Shown here one piece after another: positions 20,825-30,871 of a stretch of DNA of 64,000 nt (positions are counted from its first letter, which is position 1; each line of letters begins with the position of its first letter). The stretch is from Nitrospinaceae bacterium (lineage in GTDB: Bacteria > Nitrospinota > Nitrospinia > Nitrospinales > Nitrospinaceae). The notes under the pieces were generated by a model. That model was not told the DNA's origin. It made no database searches and was given only the letters and a program-made list of their open reading frames with translations. Where the stretch lies: NCBI GenBank assembly GCA_965223665.1, contig OZ245011.1, positions 3,648,001 to 3,712,000 on the forward strand, read 5' to 3'. A program made the position numbers and the translations under genes.

Positions 20825-21679
20825 TTAACGGTTTAAAATGACTTCAATGAAATTCTCTAAATCTTTGGCTTTTTCGTCTTCCTTGTTTTTTTGATAAACT
20901 TTATTAAGGTTATACATCATGCGTACAATAATATCTCTATAGGTCAAGGGAAAAAGGTAATGCTCTTGAAATTCAATTCCAAAGCTTCGTACTAAATCTG
21001 CGCAATCTTTCGTAGAAAGAACCTTGCCGTCATTAAATGGATCAAAATAAATTGGGTTTTTAGGGGTATTATATTTCAAAATAAAATGTCCCGGCAGACC
21101 TATTCCAACTATGGGAAGGTTTAGCCGTTGACCAATTAATATATAAATAGCTGAAAGAGAAATTGGAATTCCGGTTTTATTCTTTATTACTGTGTCAAAG
21201 TAACTATTGTCCGGATCAAAATAATTTGACTTGTTTCCTTTGAAACCTTTTGTTTCGCTTAAGAATTTTGTTAATTCAGATACAATGATTTCATTTTTTT
21301 CCTTTAAAGAAACCTTGCTTGAAAATTCTTTGGCAAAATTATCTAAAGTGTCAGTGACCATTTTAGGGTCCGCGTTGGGATGGCCGTATTGCATTAATAG
21401 GAGAATGGCACTTTCAAGATTAATTTCTTCTCCAGATTTGGTTTTTGCAAGTTCTCGAAATTTTTCAGCTATTTGCCGAGGGGCAATTCTTTTTAAAATA
21501 TTTTCAATATGAAACCGTAGGTTTAAATTTTCTTCTCTCTGAGCCATTTCTAAAAAGGGAATAGCGTCAGTTCCTAATTCAATTAATCGTTGGCTCACTT
21601 TATCCCTGATGTCTGGATCACGATCTTCCAATAGCCTGATTAAAGAGAAGATTTCTGAGTTTTCCGAAGAAGTTGCCAT
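20825..21679 (-). CDS. SirB1 / transglutaminase-like core 2 protein with N-terminal HEAT-like region
   Basis: GFKGNKSNYFDPDNSY, GIPISLS, GLPGHF, DPFNDG. Confidence 0.85.
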   Translation of the reverse strand: MATSSENSEIFSLIRLLEDRDPDIRDKVSQRLIELGTDAIPFLEMAQREENLNLRFHIENILKRIAPRQIAEKFRELAKTKSGEEINLESAILLLMQYGHPNADPKMVTDTLDNFAKEFSSKVSLKEKNEIIVSELTKFLSETKGFKGNKSNYFDPDNSYFDTVIKNKTGIPISLSAIYILIGQRLNLPIVGIGLPGHFILKYNTPKNPIYFDPFNDGKVLSTKDCADLVRSFGIEFQEHYLFPLTYRDIIVRMMYNLNKVYQKNKEDEKAKDLENFIEVILNR

Positions 21680-21704
21680 GAAATAAATCAGTAAAATGAT
21701 TATA

Positions 21705-21742
21705 AAAGAAACATGAGTTTGATGTTCTCAAACTCATGCTTC
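21705..21742 (-). terminator. Terminator after peroxiredoxin
   Basis: CATGAGTTTGA/TCAAACTCATG stem with a U-rich tail on the minus strand. Confidence 0.7.
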
Positions 21743-21751
21743 TATAATATT

Positions 21752-22387
21752 TTATAAATCTGGTTGAGGAGTCATACGTAAATAGGGCTTGACCACTTTA
21801 TGCCCTTTAGGGAATTTCGCTGGAATATCCTCAGTTTTTATTGCAGGGACTACTACACAATCCTCTCCATGTTTCCAATCTGCAGGTGTCGCTACACTAT
21901 AATTAGCTGTCAATTGTAATGAATCGAGGACACGAAGTAATTCATTAAAATTTCTACCTGTAGAGGCAGGGTAGGTTAGGGTGAGTTTTACTTTTTTATC
22001 AGGTCCAATAATGAAAACGGATCGAACTGTTAAATTATCCAAAGCGTTGGGATGAATCATATCGTAAGTAGTAGCAATTTTTTTTTCAGGATCAGCAATG
22101 ATCGGGTAATTAACTTTGCAATTTTGTGTTTCATTTATATCGTTGATCCACCCTTTGTGATCATCAACTGAATCCACACTTAAGGCGATTACCTTGCAAT
22201 TCCGTTTAGAGAATTCTTCTTTTAGGTTGGCAACTCTGCCAAGTTCAGTCGTGCATACCGGGGTATAATCTTTAGGATGTGAAAAAAAGATTCCCCAGCC
22301 ATCGCCCAGCCATTCATGAAAATCTATAGTTCCTTCTGTGGTTTCGGCGGTAAAATTCGGTGCAGTATCTCCAAGTCTTATGGCCAT
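21752..22387 (-). CDS. 1-Cys peroxiredoxin (Prx6 family)
   Basis: HPKDYTPVCTTE, YPASTGRNF. Confidence 0.95.
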   Translation of the reverse strand: MAIRLGDTAPNFTAETTEGTIDFHEWLGDGWGIFFSHPKDYTPVCTTELGRVANLKEEFSKRNCKVIALSVDSVDDHKGWINDINETQNCKVNYPIIADPEKKIATTYDMIHPNALDNLTVRSVFIIGPDKKVKLTLTYPASTGRNFNELLRVLDSLQLTANYSVATPADWKHGEDCVVVPAIKTEDIPAKFPKGHKVVKPYLRMTPQPDL

Positions 22388-22609
22388 GATTTGGGTCCTT
22401 TCTAAATCAGGTTTTCTTTATCAAATTAATAAATGTAAAATATTTGCAATGATTCTTACTATTTTTTAAGGACGTAAAATCTGAAACCTTGAGGGAGGAT
22501 TCAACGTCCAATAATACAAGCAAATTTGTAGCTTTAAGAGGGATTATACCAAAAAAGTATTTAAGTTGGGTTCTAAAGCGTAATTAACCTAATCATTCTT
22601 GTAGAAATC

Positions 22610-22957
22610 ATGGGTAATGAAGCAAATTTTGATGAGCAATTCGACTACACACTGACTTTATTAAAGAAAATCTGGGTTGTATTGGTGATTGGGCTGTATG
22701 CGCTCTGTTTTTATAATGAATATAAATTTCCGGGAGCACACATTCAACCCTTAAAAGGTGAAGAGATATTGTGGAAAATGGAGCGGGTCTTATATTTTGG
22801 GTTGCTCGGAGTTGGGGTGCTTACAGATATTGTTCAAATGCGATTAGACAGAAATAAAGCATTTCTTTTTTTATTCGCTTCGCTAATTTTGGGAGGGCTT
22901 TCCACTTCGATAGGGGCTCTGCATTTTAAATCCGTACAATTTTTATTTGGAAATTAA
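22610..22957 (+). CDS. Hypothetical membrane protein (3 TM)
   Basis: 115-aa ORF with three hydrophobic segments. Confidence 0.65.
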   Translation: MGNEANFDEQFDYTLTLLKKIWVVLVIGLYALCFYNEYKFPGAHIQPLKGEEILWKMERVLYFGLLGVGVLTDIVQMRLDRNKAFLFLFASLILGGLSTSIGALHFKSVQFLFGN

Positions 22958-23046
22958 GAGAGCAAAAGATTTATATAGGAATGCATTCTATATTTAAAGC
23001 GATTTATTTTTGAATTAAAATAATTCACAAAAAAATTTTAGAAGAT

Positions 23047-23119
<73 letters not shown>

Positions 23120-23177
23120 TCTGTTATCTGGAAGGGGGCTGTAGGGGCTGAGATTTTATTAGTTCAAGCTTTGATCT

Positions 23178-24647
23178 TTATGGATTAAAATCCTTAATGA
23201 GATGAATCACACTCGCATCCATCATCTCCATCAATGGTCCAGGATACAAACCAATACCCAATACCAGGAAAGCCAATGGAATCAACGCAGCAAGTTCCAA
23301 ATTCGATAAATCCGGGAGCATTTTTGCGGTTTCTGTTTTAGGCTCCCCTAATGCCACCCTTTGGAGCATCCACAACATATAAGCTGCAGCTAAAACAATA
23401 CCGCCCATAGAGATAAGAACTATTGGAAAATTGACATAGGAAGTTCCTACCAGTACTAAAAACTCACCAATGAAATTGCAGGTACCTGGTAGTCCAAAAG
23501 CAGCGACTGAGAACAAAAAGAAAAATGCAACAAATCTTGGCATGGGTTTATGCAATCCGCCGTAGTCCGAAATAGCTCGACTGTGAGTGCGGTCATATAA
23601 TTGTCCAACAGCAATAAACAAAGCGGCCGTAGTAATTCCATGGTTGAACATTTGCAAGACGGCTCCCTGAATGCCCTGATTATTAAACACAAAAATTCCG
23701 AGTGTGACAAAACCCATGTGAGAAACTGAAGAATATGCCACGAGTTTTTTAAGGTCGGATTGAGCTAAAGCCAGATAACCCCCATATATAATGGCTATGA
23801 CTGATAACCACAAAGTGTATGGTGCGAATTGTGCCGAAGCCTCCGGAAACATTGGCAAACAAAAACGTATAAATCCATAACCTCCCATTTTTAAAAGCAC
23901 ACCAGCCAGAATCACACTGCCAGCAGTCGGAGCTTCCGAGTGTGCGTCAGGGAGCCAAGTATGAAAGGGAACCATTGGCATTTTGATGGCAAAAGCCAGA
24001 AAAAACGCCAGGAACAACCAGAATTGTGTAGTGGAGGAATAAGTTTGTTTGGATAAAACCAATAGATCGTAGGTATGTCCCCCATTTAGATAAATGCCTA
24101 ATATACCCACCAGTAGCAGTAAGCTTCCAGTTAGACTGTACAAAACGAACTTTAGTCCGGCAGCTATACGATTTGGTCCTCCCCATAGAATAATCATAAA
24201 ATACATGGGAATCATTGTTACTTCCCACAACATGAAAAACAGGAATAGATCCAGAGCGGTAAAGACCACAATCATGGCCCCTTCAACTAACAATATTAAC
24301 GAGAGATAGGCTCTTACTCGATTGGTGATTCCCTTCCACGAGCAAAGGACACAAATTGGGCAAAGTAGAGCTGTGAGCATCACTAATAGAATACTGATGC
24401 CATCCACACCAACTGCGTACTGGATATTAAAAGTAGTCATCCATTCCACGCGTTCCACGAACTGCATGTCTTTTAGAGAGGGATCAAAATTCCTCCAAAG
24501 AATTAGCGAAAGGAAAAACACCACCAATGTGATGCACAAGGCAATTCGTCGAATCCATTCTTCATTACGCACGAAAGCCAGAATGACGATTCCTAAAAAA
24601 GGAACGGCAATCATCCCGCTAATCAGATGATCCATTAAAATAGCCAT
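23178..24647 (-). CDS. NuoM-like antiporter-like membrane subunit
   Basis: VGVDGIS, WEVTMIPMYF, KMPMVPFHTWLPDAHSEAPTAGS, AYSSVSHMG, FIGEF. Confidence 0.9.
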   Translation of the reverse strand: MAILMDHLISGMIAVPFLGIVILAFVRNEEWIRRIALCITLVVFFLSLILWRNFDPSLKDMQFVERVEWMTTFNIQYAVGVDGISILLVMLTALLCPICVLCSWKGITNRVRAYLSLILLVEGAMIVVFTALDLFLFFMLWEVTMIPMYFMIILWGGPNRIAAGLKFVLYSLTGSLLLLVGILGIYLNGGHTYDLLVLSKQTYSSTTQFWLFLAFFLAFAIKMPMVPFHTWLPDAHSEAPTAGSVILAGVLLKMGGYGFIRFCLPMFPEASAQFAPYTLWLSVIAIIYGGYLALAQSDLKKLVAYSSVSHMGFVTLGIFVFNNQGIQGAVLQMFNHGITTAALFIAVGQLYDRTHSRAISDYGGLHKPMPRFVAFFFLFSVAAFGLPGTCNFIGEFLVLVGTSYVNFPIVLISMGGIVLAAAYMLWMLQRVALGEPKTETAKMLPDLSNLELAALIPLAFLVLGIGLYPGPLMEMMDASVIHLIKDFNP

Positions 24648-24771
24648 TTTAGTATCCTCCTGCCTACGAAATAAACAATCTCTCGGATTTTTATATTAGC
24701 TCATGAAAAATGAAGTAAGGCAAATTGCAACCAGATTCTTTTATTATAACTGGGGTACAAATCGGAAACGT

Positions 24772-26868
24772 TTAAACCAAAAAATACAATAGACCAGTCA
24801 TTGCCACTAACCAAAATATCATTACTAATAACTGATGTTGGATAGTACGGGATTCCATTTCTCGTAGCATTTGTCCTGCCGCAACGCGTTCTGCTACTTT
24901 CCCAACCCTTTGATCCAACCAGTGAATGTCAATAATTCGCCATAACTTCCCGGCCAAATACACAGTAATGTTGGCCAAAGAATGGATAAAATGATCTATT
25001 ACCCTTATATCCATAAAACGCCACAACCACCTGGCAAAACTCACAGTATAAGTGGCCATAGATCCGATGAAACCATCAATAACTTTTACATCAACATTTC
25101 GCCACAACCAATGTGCGACCCTAATAGAAGGGTTTACAATAAAGGCCTCATAGAATTCATCAAAATACCCTTTATTCCAAAACAAGACATACAATCGACG
25201 GTTTTTTACGTTGGCATGTGAGGCTTGAGGTTTGGTTTGAGAATGTTTTGAGTATGCATAGAACCATCCTGCTACTGCTACGCCGAGAGAAACTACCAGC
25301 CAAAAAGAAAAGTTTTGTTCAACTGGGCCTTTCCCCAAATCAACTCCTGGAATGGTTAAGGCAGGAGCAAGAAAATTGGCAAACCAACTCCAAAAAAATG
25401 TCAATAACCCACCTACCAAAACCGTAACCAGAAAAAGGCCAGATAAAATTGACATATTTAAAAACTGAGGCCTAATTGATCGCATTTCCAAACTTTGTTT
25501 TCCTGAAGCAGGTAAGTACGTCTTTGGACCATGAGCAAAAAGCGAGATGATGCTTTTAAAAATATATTGAGAGGCGATAAATACAGTAATCAAGCCAATG
25601 ATTTTGAATCCTATCGAGGCTGACGCAAACCCTGTGATTCCCCATAAATATTCATACGATCCGGAAAAAAGTACTAACGGCGGGAGTAAAGCCAATAAAA
25701 AAGCCCCGCCATATAGGATACCCATGCCCTCATTGGTATGAGGTTCATGATCCTCATGCCCAAGTCCCTGTTCCACCGATCGCAAACTATTACCCGTAGA
25801 CAGAAAAAAGAAAGCTTTGTAGCACCCATGAGCAAGAAGATGAAAAATGGCCACTGCAAAAGCACCCAAACCGCAAGCCATGACCATGAATCCAATTTGA
25901 CTAATGGTGGAATAGGCTAAAGACTTTTTGATATCAGATTGAGGCAAGGAAACTATTCCGGCAAATATAGCGGTTGTAGCCCCAATTATGGCAATGAACG
26001 TCATGGCGGATGGAGAAAGGATAATCAATGGGCTCAATCGTACCAACAAAAAAGGACCTGCATTTACCATAGTAGCGGCATGAATAAGGGCTGAAACTGG
26101 AGTCGGAGCTTCCATCGCCCCCGGCAACCATACATGAAACGGTATTTGTGCTGACTTTCCCATAGCTCCCATAAAGAGGAAAAAAGGAATAAGAGTTAAG
26201 GGATATATATGAAATTCCAAGCCCATCCATCCTAAGATATTGATAGTATGGTTTTGCATGCTTTCAGCCTGGCCAAGAATAGTCGGAATATCCAGAGTTC
26301 CAAAGGTAAAGAAGGTTAAAATAATGCCAAAACTTAATCCGACATCCGCGATTGAGTTTACGAGAAAAGCTTTGGTGGCTGCGCGGCCAGCGGAAGGTCT
26401 TTCCGCTGCGTGAGAAATCAAAAGATAGGAACAGATTCCCATGACTTCCCAACTTATCAATAGCATCAAAAGGTTGCCACTCATAACTAACAAAATCATA
26501 GAAAAAGTAAACAACGCAATGACAGCAAAAAAACGATTATAGGTTGACTCTCCAATCATATAACGAGAAGAATATACATGCACAACCCCACTTACTCCGG
26601 TGACTAAGAGTAAAAGCAAAACAGTCAGTTGATCAACAAACAGAGTTAGATCAATGGTCAGCGAACCAGAGTGAAACAGTCGGTAAAGGGAAATGGTAAA
26701 CGATCCATTTTTTAACACTTCAATGAATGCGGCAACAGATAACGCAAAGGAAATTCCAATGGCAGGAATTCCAATACGGTGACCGTTCTCCCCCCAACGA
26801 CGTCCCCCAAGTAAAAGAATGAGAGAAGCTAGAAAAGGAAGCAAAGGAATGAGGACGTAAATTGCCAT
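24772..26868 (-). CDS. NuoL/MrpA/DabB-like antiporter-like subunit with extended lateral helix
   Basis: SWEVMG, KSAQIPFHVWLPGAMEAPTPVSALIHAATMV, AYSTISQIG, HLLAHGCYKA; C-terminal 3x27-aa repeat. Confidence 0.9.
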   Translation of the reverse strand: MAIYVLIPLLPFLASLILLLGGRRWGENGHRIGIPAIGISFALSVAAFIEVLKNGSFTISLYRLFHSGSLTIDLTLFVDQLTVLLLLLVTGVSGVVHVYSSRYMIGESTYNRFFAVIALFTFSMILLVMSGNLLMLLISWEVMGICSYLLISHAAERPSAGRAATKAFLVNSIADVGLSFGIILTFFTFGTLDIPTILGQAESMQNHTINILGWMGLEFHIYPLTLIPFFLFMGAMGKSAQIPFHVWLPGAMEAPTPVSALIHAATMVNAGPFLLVRLSPLIILSPSAMTFIAIIGATTAIFAGIVSLPQSDIKKSLAYSTISQIGFMVMACGLGAFAVAIFHLLAHGCYKAFFFLSTGNSLRSVEQGLGHEDHEPHTNEGMGILYGGAFLLALLPPLVLFSGSYEYLWGITGFASASIGFKIIGLITVFIASQYIFKSIISLFAHGPKTYLPASGKQSLEMRSIRPQFLNMSILSGLFLVTVLVGGLLTFFWSWFANFLAPALTIPGVDLGKGPVEQNFSFWLVVSLGVAVAGWFYAYSKHSQTKPQASHANVKNRRLYVLFWNKGYFDEFYEAFIVNPSIRVAHWLWRNVDVKVIDGFIGSMATYTVSFARWLWRFMDIRVIDHFIHSLANITVYLAGKLWRIIDIHWLDQRVGKVAERVAAGQMLREMESRTIQHQLLVMIFWLVAMTGLLYFLV
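24880..25122 (-). repeat. Three tandem 81-nt (27-aa) repeats in the NuoL-like C-terminal amphipathic helix
   Basis: The Trp codon of LWR falls at 25102, 25021 and 24940, a period of exactly 81 nt. Confidence 0.9.
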
Positions 26869-26876
26869 AATTTCCC

Positions 26877-28346
26877 TTAAAGACCTGGTGGTAGAGCTTG
26901 ATTTAACAACATTTGAACAATGGGAGCACTGAATATTCCAAGAATCATAATTGCGGCGGACGTGATTCCAAGAGTCAGTTTAAATGACAGTGGAATTGCA
27001 CCAAATGTTCCGTCGGATGGAGTTGATGATTGACGGAAAATCCGCTCGAAGAGTTTGACGAAATAGGCAAGCGTCAAGAGCGTAGAAAGTAGTACTGCAG
27101 CGACTGAAAAATAATTGCTTTCATCCAACGCTCCAAGAATAATGTACCATTTGCCAAAAAAACCTCCGGTCGGAGGTAGGCCAATCATGCCCAAGGCCAT
27201 AACCACTAAAGACCCGGTAAGCCAGGGAGCTTGTTTTCCTACACGCCCTATATCATCAATAGTTCTGACCCCATAATGGCAAATTGCTACACCGGCTAAA
27301 AAAAACAGGGCAGCCTGCATAACAGCATCGTTCAATAAATAAAATACTCCTCCGGCAAATCCCGTTGGGTTTCCTTGACTGATGCCAATCAGAATGATGC
27401 CAATGTGCGAAATTCCTCCATAAGAAAACATCATTTTTATATCCCGCTGGGCCAAGGCCAGGCTTGCACCTATGACGGCAGCTAAGGCACCAACAACTTC
27501 CATCAGAACCAAAATAGGAATATTGTAAATAACAATCGATGCATTTAAGACCCAATAGATTATTCTGACCCACGCTAGAAGTGCTACCTTGGTGAGGAGA
27601 GGAGCCAAAATAGGTGAAACAGAATCAGGAGCATAAGTGTAGGCATCCGGCATCCAAGCATGAAACGGTACCAGGGCCATCTTGATTCCCAGGCCAATAA
27701 ACATAAACAGCAGTCCCCCCACTAAAGCTTTTGAACCTAATAATAAGGGAAGTCTTTCGGCTATATCCGCCATATTCAGAGTGCCGCTCACCGCATAAAG
27801 ATAACTAACCCCTAGAAGATAAAGGGAAGCGCCGAGTGTTCCTAAGATAAGATAACGGAATGCGGCAAACAGAGCTCTTCCGCCTGCGACACCGACAAGT
27901 GCGTAACTTGAGATAGCCGCAACTTCTAAAAATACGAATAGATTGAATAGATCCCTGGCGAAAACAATGCCGGTTAAAGCTGATATCAATAGCAAGATCA
28001 ACGTATAATAATGAACGATCCGGCCACCCAGAGCCTTGGGTGAAGTTGTTCCTGTAAATATCACACCCAGCAAACCCAAAGCACTCAGCAATACTAACAT
28101 GACACTCGCTAATCCATCAGCCACCCATTCAATGCCGAGGGGTACTGTCCAACCGCTAAAAACATAACGCACCTCTCCATGATTAGTGACGTTGTAAAGA
28201 TTCCAAATTGAGACAAGAACCATAACTGCTAGAATTACCAAAGAAATTCTGTGGCTCCAGTGACGATGTTTTAAACAAACCACTGGCATAGAAATGGCGG
28301 CGAATAATGGAAGTAAAAATAAGATTGCAGGAAGTTGGTGATTCAT
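26877..28346 (-). CDS. mrpD: Mrp antiporter subunit D-like
   Basis: FSGWTVPLGIE, DLFNLFVFLEV, GTLNMAD, PFHAWMPDAY, GLPPTGGFFGKW. Confidence 0.9.
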   Translation of the reverse strand: MNHQLPAILFLLPLFAAISMPVVCLKHRHWSHRISLVILAVMVLVSIWNLYNVTNHGEVRYVFSGWTVPLGIEWVADGLASVMLVLLSALGLLGVIFTGTTSPKALGGRIVHYYTLILLLISALTGIVFARDLFNLFVFLEVAAISSYALVGVAGGRALFAAFRYLILGTLGASLYLLGVSYLYAVSGTLNMADIAERLPLLLGSKALVGGLLFMFIGLGIKMALVPFHAWMPDAYTYAPDSVSPILAPLLTKVALLAWVRIIYWVLNASIVIYNIPILVLMEVVGALAAVIGASLALAQRDIKMMFSYGGISHIGIILIGISQGNPTGFAGGVFYLLNDAVMQAALFFLAGVAICHYGVRTIDDIGRVGKQAPWLTGSLVVMALGMIGLPPTGGFFGKWYIILGALDESNYFSVAAVLLSTLLTLAYFVKLFERIFRQSSTPSDGTFGAIPLSFKLTLGITSAAIMILGIFSAPIVQMLLNQALPPGL

Positions 28347-28720
28347 TCTAATTTTTCAAGAATATTTTGTTCGTCAAGGCTTCCATATTTTCGATAGATA
28401 GCTGCGCACAGGGCTAATCCTACGCCCGTGGTCGCCACGCCGACCACAATAGCAGTCAGCGTCAAGACATGAGGTAATGGATTTGCGTAAGTGGCCGCTT
28501 GCACAGGCTCCGAGGTGGACAAAAGTACAGGAACGGTTGCGCCCTTCTTCGCACTGATAGATACTAGAAAAAAAATCACGCTGGTTTGCACTAAATACAA
28601 CCCGATAAGTTTCTTTACAAGATTGTATCTTGTAACCATTATATAAAATCCCCATAGAAAAAGGATAACGAACGTCAAAAAATTAGGTCGCTGAAGAACG
28701 GCCAAAAATGCATCAACCAT
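28343..28720 (-). CDS. mrpC: Mrp subunit C-like
   Basis: NLVKKLIGL, NPLPHVLTLTAIVVG; probable start MVDAF at 28720. Confidence 0.9.
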   Translation of the reverse strand: MVDAFLAVLQRPNFLTFVILFLWGFYIMVTRYNLVKKLIGLYLVQTSVIFFLVSISAKKGATVPVLLSTSEPVQAATYANPLPHVLTLTAIVVGVATTGVGLALCAAIYRKYGSLDEQNILEKLE

Positions 28721-29165
28721 TAATTGAATCCTCAATAATTTCTTCGGCAGATAAGCTGAATACAATAGAAACGGCTGTTACCGCAACGTCTATTGCCACG
28801 CCGACTTGTGTGAGCACAATTCCCAATGATCTTCGAGAAGCAGTTTCAAGGCCTGGGATTTCTAAATTTGCATAATTGAGAAATTCTCCACCACCGATCA
28901 TACATAAGCCTCCCACACCTGCGTAAATCAACATTCCAACTCCATCTCCATGTAAAACACTTTTAGCTATTTGACCCCTGGAGCCATCATGACCAAATAT
29001 CAAAACCGATAAAATCATTCCTGTGCCCAAAATCACCCCACCCACAAATCCACCTCCTGGTCCGAATTGACCGAAAAACAATACATAGATTCCAAAAATT
29101 TGGACCACAGGAATCAGAAAGCGGCCTAGAGTTTGAACAATAATGCTATCGTGTTGGCGTATCAT
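28713..29165 (-). CDS. mrpB: Mrp subunit B (MnhB domain)
   Basis: GQFGPGGGFVGG; probable start MIRQH at 29165, coupled to the upstream stop. Confidence 0.88.
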   Translation of the reverse strand: MIRQHDSIIVQTLGRFLIPVVQIFGIYVLFFGQFGPGGGFVGGVILGTGMILSVLIFGHDGSRGQIAKSVLHGDGVGMLIYAGVGGLCMIGGGEFLNYANLEIPGLETASRRSLGIVLTQVGVAIDVAVTAVSIVFSLSAEEIIEDSING

Positions 29166-29683
29166 TATGTTTGCCTCCTGAGAAGTAGAGCGCAAGCAAT
29201 ACCCGCTGCAAAAATCACCACAGTTTCGATCATCGTATCAAGTGATCGATAGTCCATCAGTACTGAAGTCACAACATTCGGAGTGTGAGTATCCTGATAA
29301 CTTTGTTCGAGATAGGTAGGTGAAATATGAACACTCGCTGGAGAATTCGGGTCCCCATAACCTGGAAGATCATTTGCGGCATAGAGTAATAGAAGCCCCA
29401 AAAGAGGAAAAACAATTAAGGTTGTTAAAGAAGGCGGAGGGCGCCGGAGTCGAGTGTCTTTGGGAGCAGTTCCAAATAGAGTCAATAGAAATAGAACGGT
29501 AGCTAATCCCGCTCCAACAACGGCTTCTACGAAGGCGACATCTACAGCTCCCAGCCATCCCCAAACCAGCGCGAGGAAAAAGCTGTAAGAACCCAATAGC
29601 AGAATGGCACTCATTAAATCCTTAACGAGGATGGCACCAGCGGCAGTAGCTAAAAGAAGTAGGAGTAAAGGAATTTCTATCAT
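29165..29683 (-). CDS. DUF4040 plus MrpB N-terminal (MbhD/E-like) subunit
   Basis: AVDVAFVEAVVGAG; PNVVTSVLMDYRSLDTMIE. Confidence 0.85.
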   Translation of the reverse strand: MIEIPLLLLLLATAAGAILVKDLMSAILLLGSYSFFLALVWGWLGAVDVAFVEAVVGAGLATVLFLLTLFGTAPKDTRLRRPPPSLTTLIVFPLLGLLLLYAANDLPGYGDPNSPASVHISPTYLEQSYQDTHTPNVVTSVLMDYRSLDTMIETVVIFAAGIACALLLRRQT

Positions 29684-29979
29684 GAGGATTCCCTTCGCCA
29701 GGGTTTTAAACCAGATCGGAGGGCTGCGCGCACCGTTGCATGTGCAATGCCAGGATTTAAAATATACAACAATACCAACACTACCAGAATTTTTAGCATA
29801 TTTTTTCCCAGTCCCTCATGCAAAGCAATTCCGATTAACATCAAAAAGGCCCCAATAGAATCTGTTAATGATACGGCGTGGGAGCGACTAAACACATCAG
29901 GTAATCGAATCACACCGATCGCCGCAACAATAAGAAAAAATAAACCTGCAATGATAAAAATAATGGAAAGTATATCCAT
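29680..29979 (-). CDS. mrpG: Mrp subunit G
   Basis: GVIRLPDVFSRSHA; NPGIAHA. Confidence 0.9.
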   Translation of the reverse strand: MDILSIIFIIAGLFFLIVAAIGVIRLPDVFSRSHAVSLTDSIGAFLMLIGIALHEGLGKNMLKILVVLVLLYILNPGIAHATVRAALRSGLKPWRRESS

Positions 29980-29980
29980 G

Positions 29981-30247
29981 CTATGGAAGCCCCTTTTCTT
30001 CCAAATATTTTGCCACGGCCAGCGCTCCTACTAAATTTAACAGAGCATACCCGGTGGAGATATCAATAAACATATCGACTCGATCAAAATAAATACCAAT
30101 AACAATAAGCAGAATAATTGCTTTTGTGGAAATGCCATTGAGACCCAACACACGGTCAAAAATTGTGGGTCCCCGCAGGACACGATAAAGATAGGCGCCA
30201 ATTAGAATAGCCAGCAATATTATTACGTAAAAGAGAAAAGGCTTCAT
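29981..30247 (-). CDS. mrpF: Mrp subunit F
   Basis: YRVLRGPTIFDRVLG; AKYLE. Confidence 0.9.
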   Translation of the reverse strand: MKPFLFYVIILLAILIGAYLYRVLRGPTIFDRVLGLNGISTKAIILLIVIGIYFDRVDMFIDISTGYALLNLVGALAVAKYLEEKGLP

Positions 30248-30750
30248 AAATCTGGCTCTACGTCCTTAAAAATATTTGCAATTTTATTTTCCATCTGTTT
30301 ACTTTCAACATCTTCACTTAATTCTTTATCCATTGCGTGAACGATAAGGTTATTGCCGTCAACTTCGGCAGTTATCGTTCCTGGAGTTAAGGTAATGGAA
30401 TTACCAAATAGAACCACGGCCCCGTGGTGACGCAATTTTGATTCCACAGAAATCAAATGAGGAGCAATTGGAAGTGAAGGATGCAAAATGAGTTTTGACA
30501 AATGCAGGCCGCTTTGTATGATTTTATAAAAAAGCCAAGGTATATAGAGGAGGATTCTAAACCACAAATTAAATTTAGGAACAAAAGGCGAATGACCAGA
30601 ATTGATCCAGGTCACTAAGAAAGAAAAAATAATTCCCAAAAAAAGGTGAATCCATTCAAAACTGGCAGATAATAAAACCCAAAACAAAAACAGTGAAAGG
30701 GTTTTTAAAAACAGGAATTTTGAGGATATTGGTCGAGATCGAATTGCCAT
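30244..30750 (-). CDS. mrpE: Mrp subunit E
   Basis: NSITLTPGTIT; LIVHAM. Confidence 0.9.
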   Translation of the reverse strand: MAIRSRPISSKFLFLKTLSLFLFWVLLSASFEWIHLFLGIIFSFLVTWINSGHSPFVPKFNLWFRILLYIPWLFYKIIQSGLHLSKLILHPSLPIAPHLISVESKLRHHGAVVLFGNSITLTPGTITAEVDGNNLIVHAMDKELSEDVESKQMENKIANIFKDVEPDL

Positions 30751-30871
30751 AATATTACCAGATACAATTTTGATTGAAGAATATCAGTGGTTTTCGATTT
30801 TTCCAAAAAAAACTATTTAAGGACTTAATTTGAAATTTCCAAACGCCAATATGCAATATTTATAATTCTAA

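Noticed and set aside
23178-28346. NuoL/M/N-like genes as respiratory complex I
   Set aside because: No nuoA-K, Fe-S or NADH-module genes in the cluster; the neighbours are Mrp subunits and DabA
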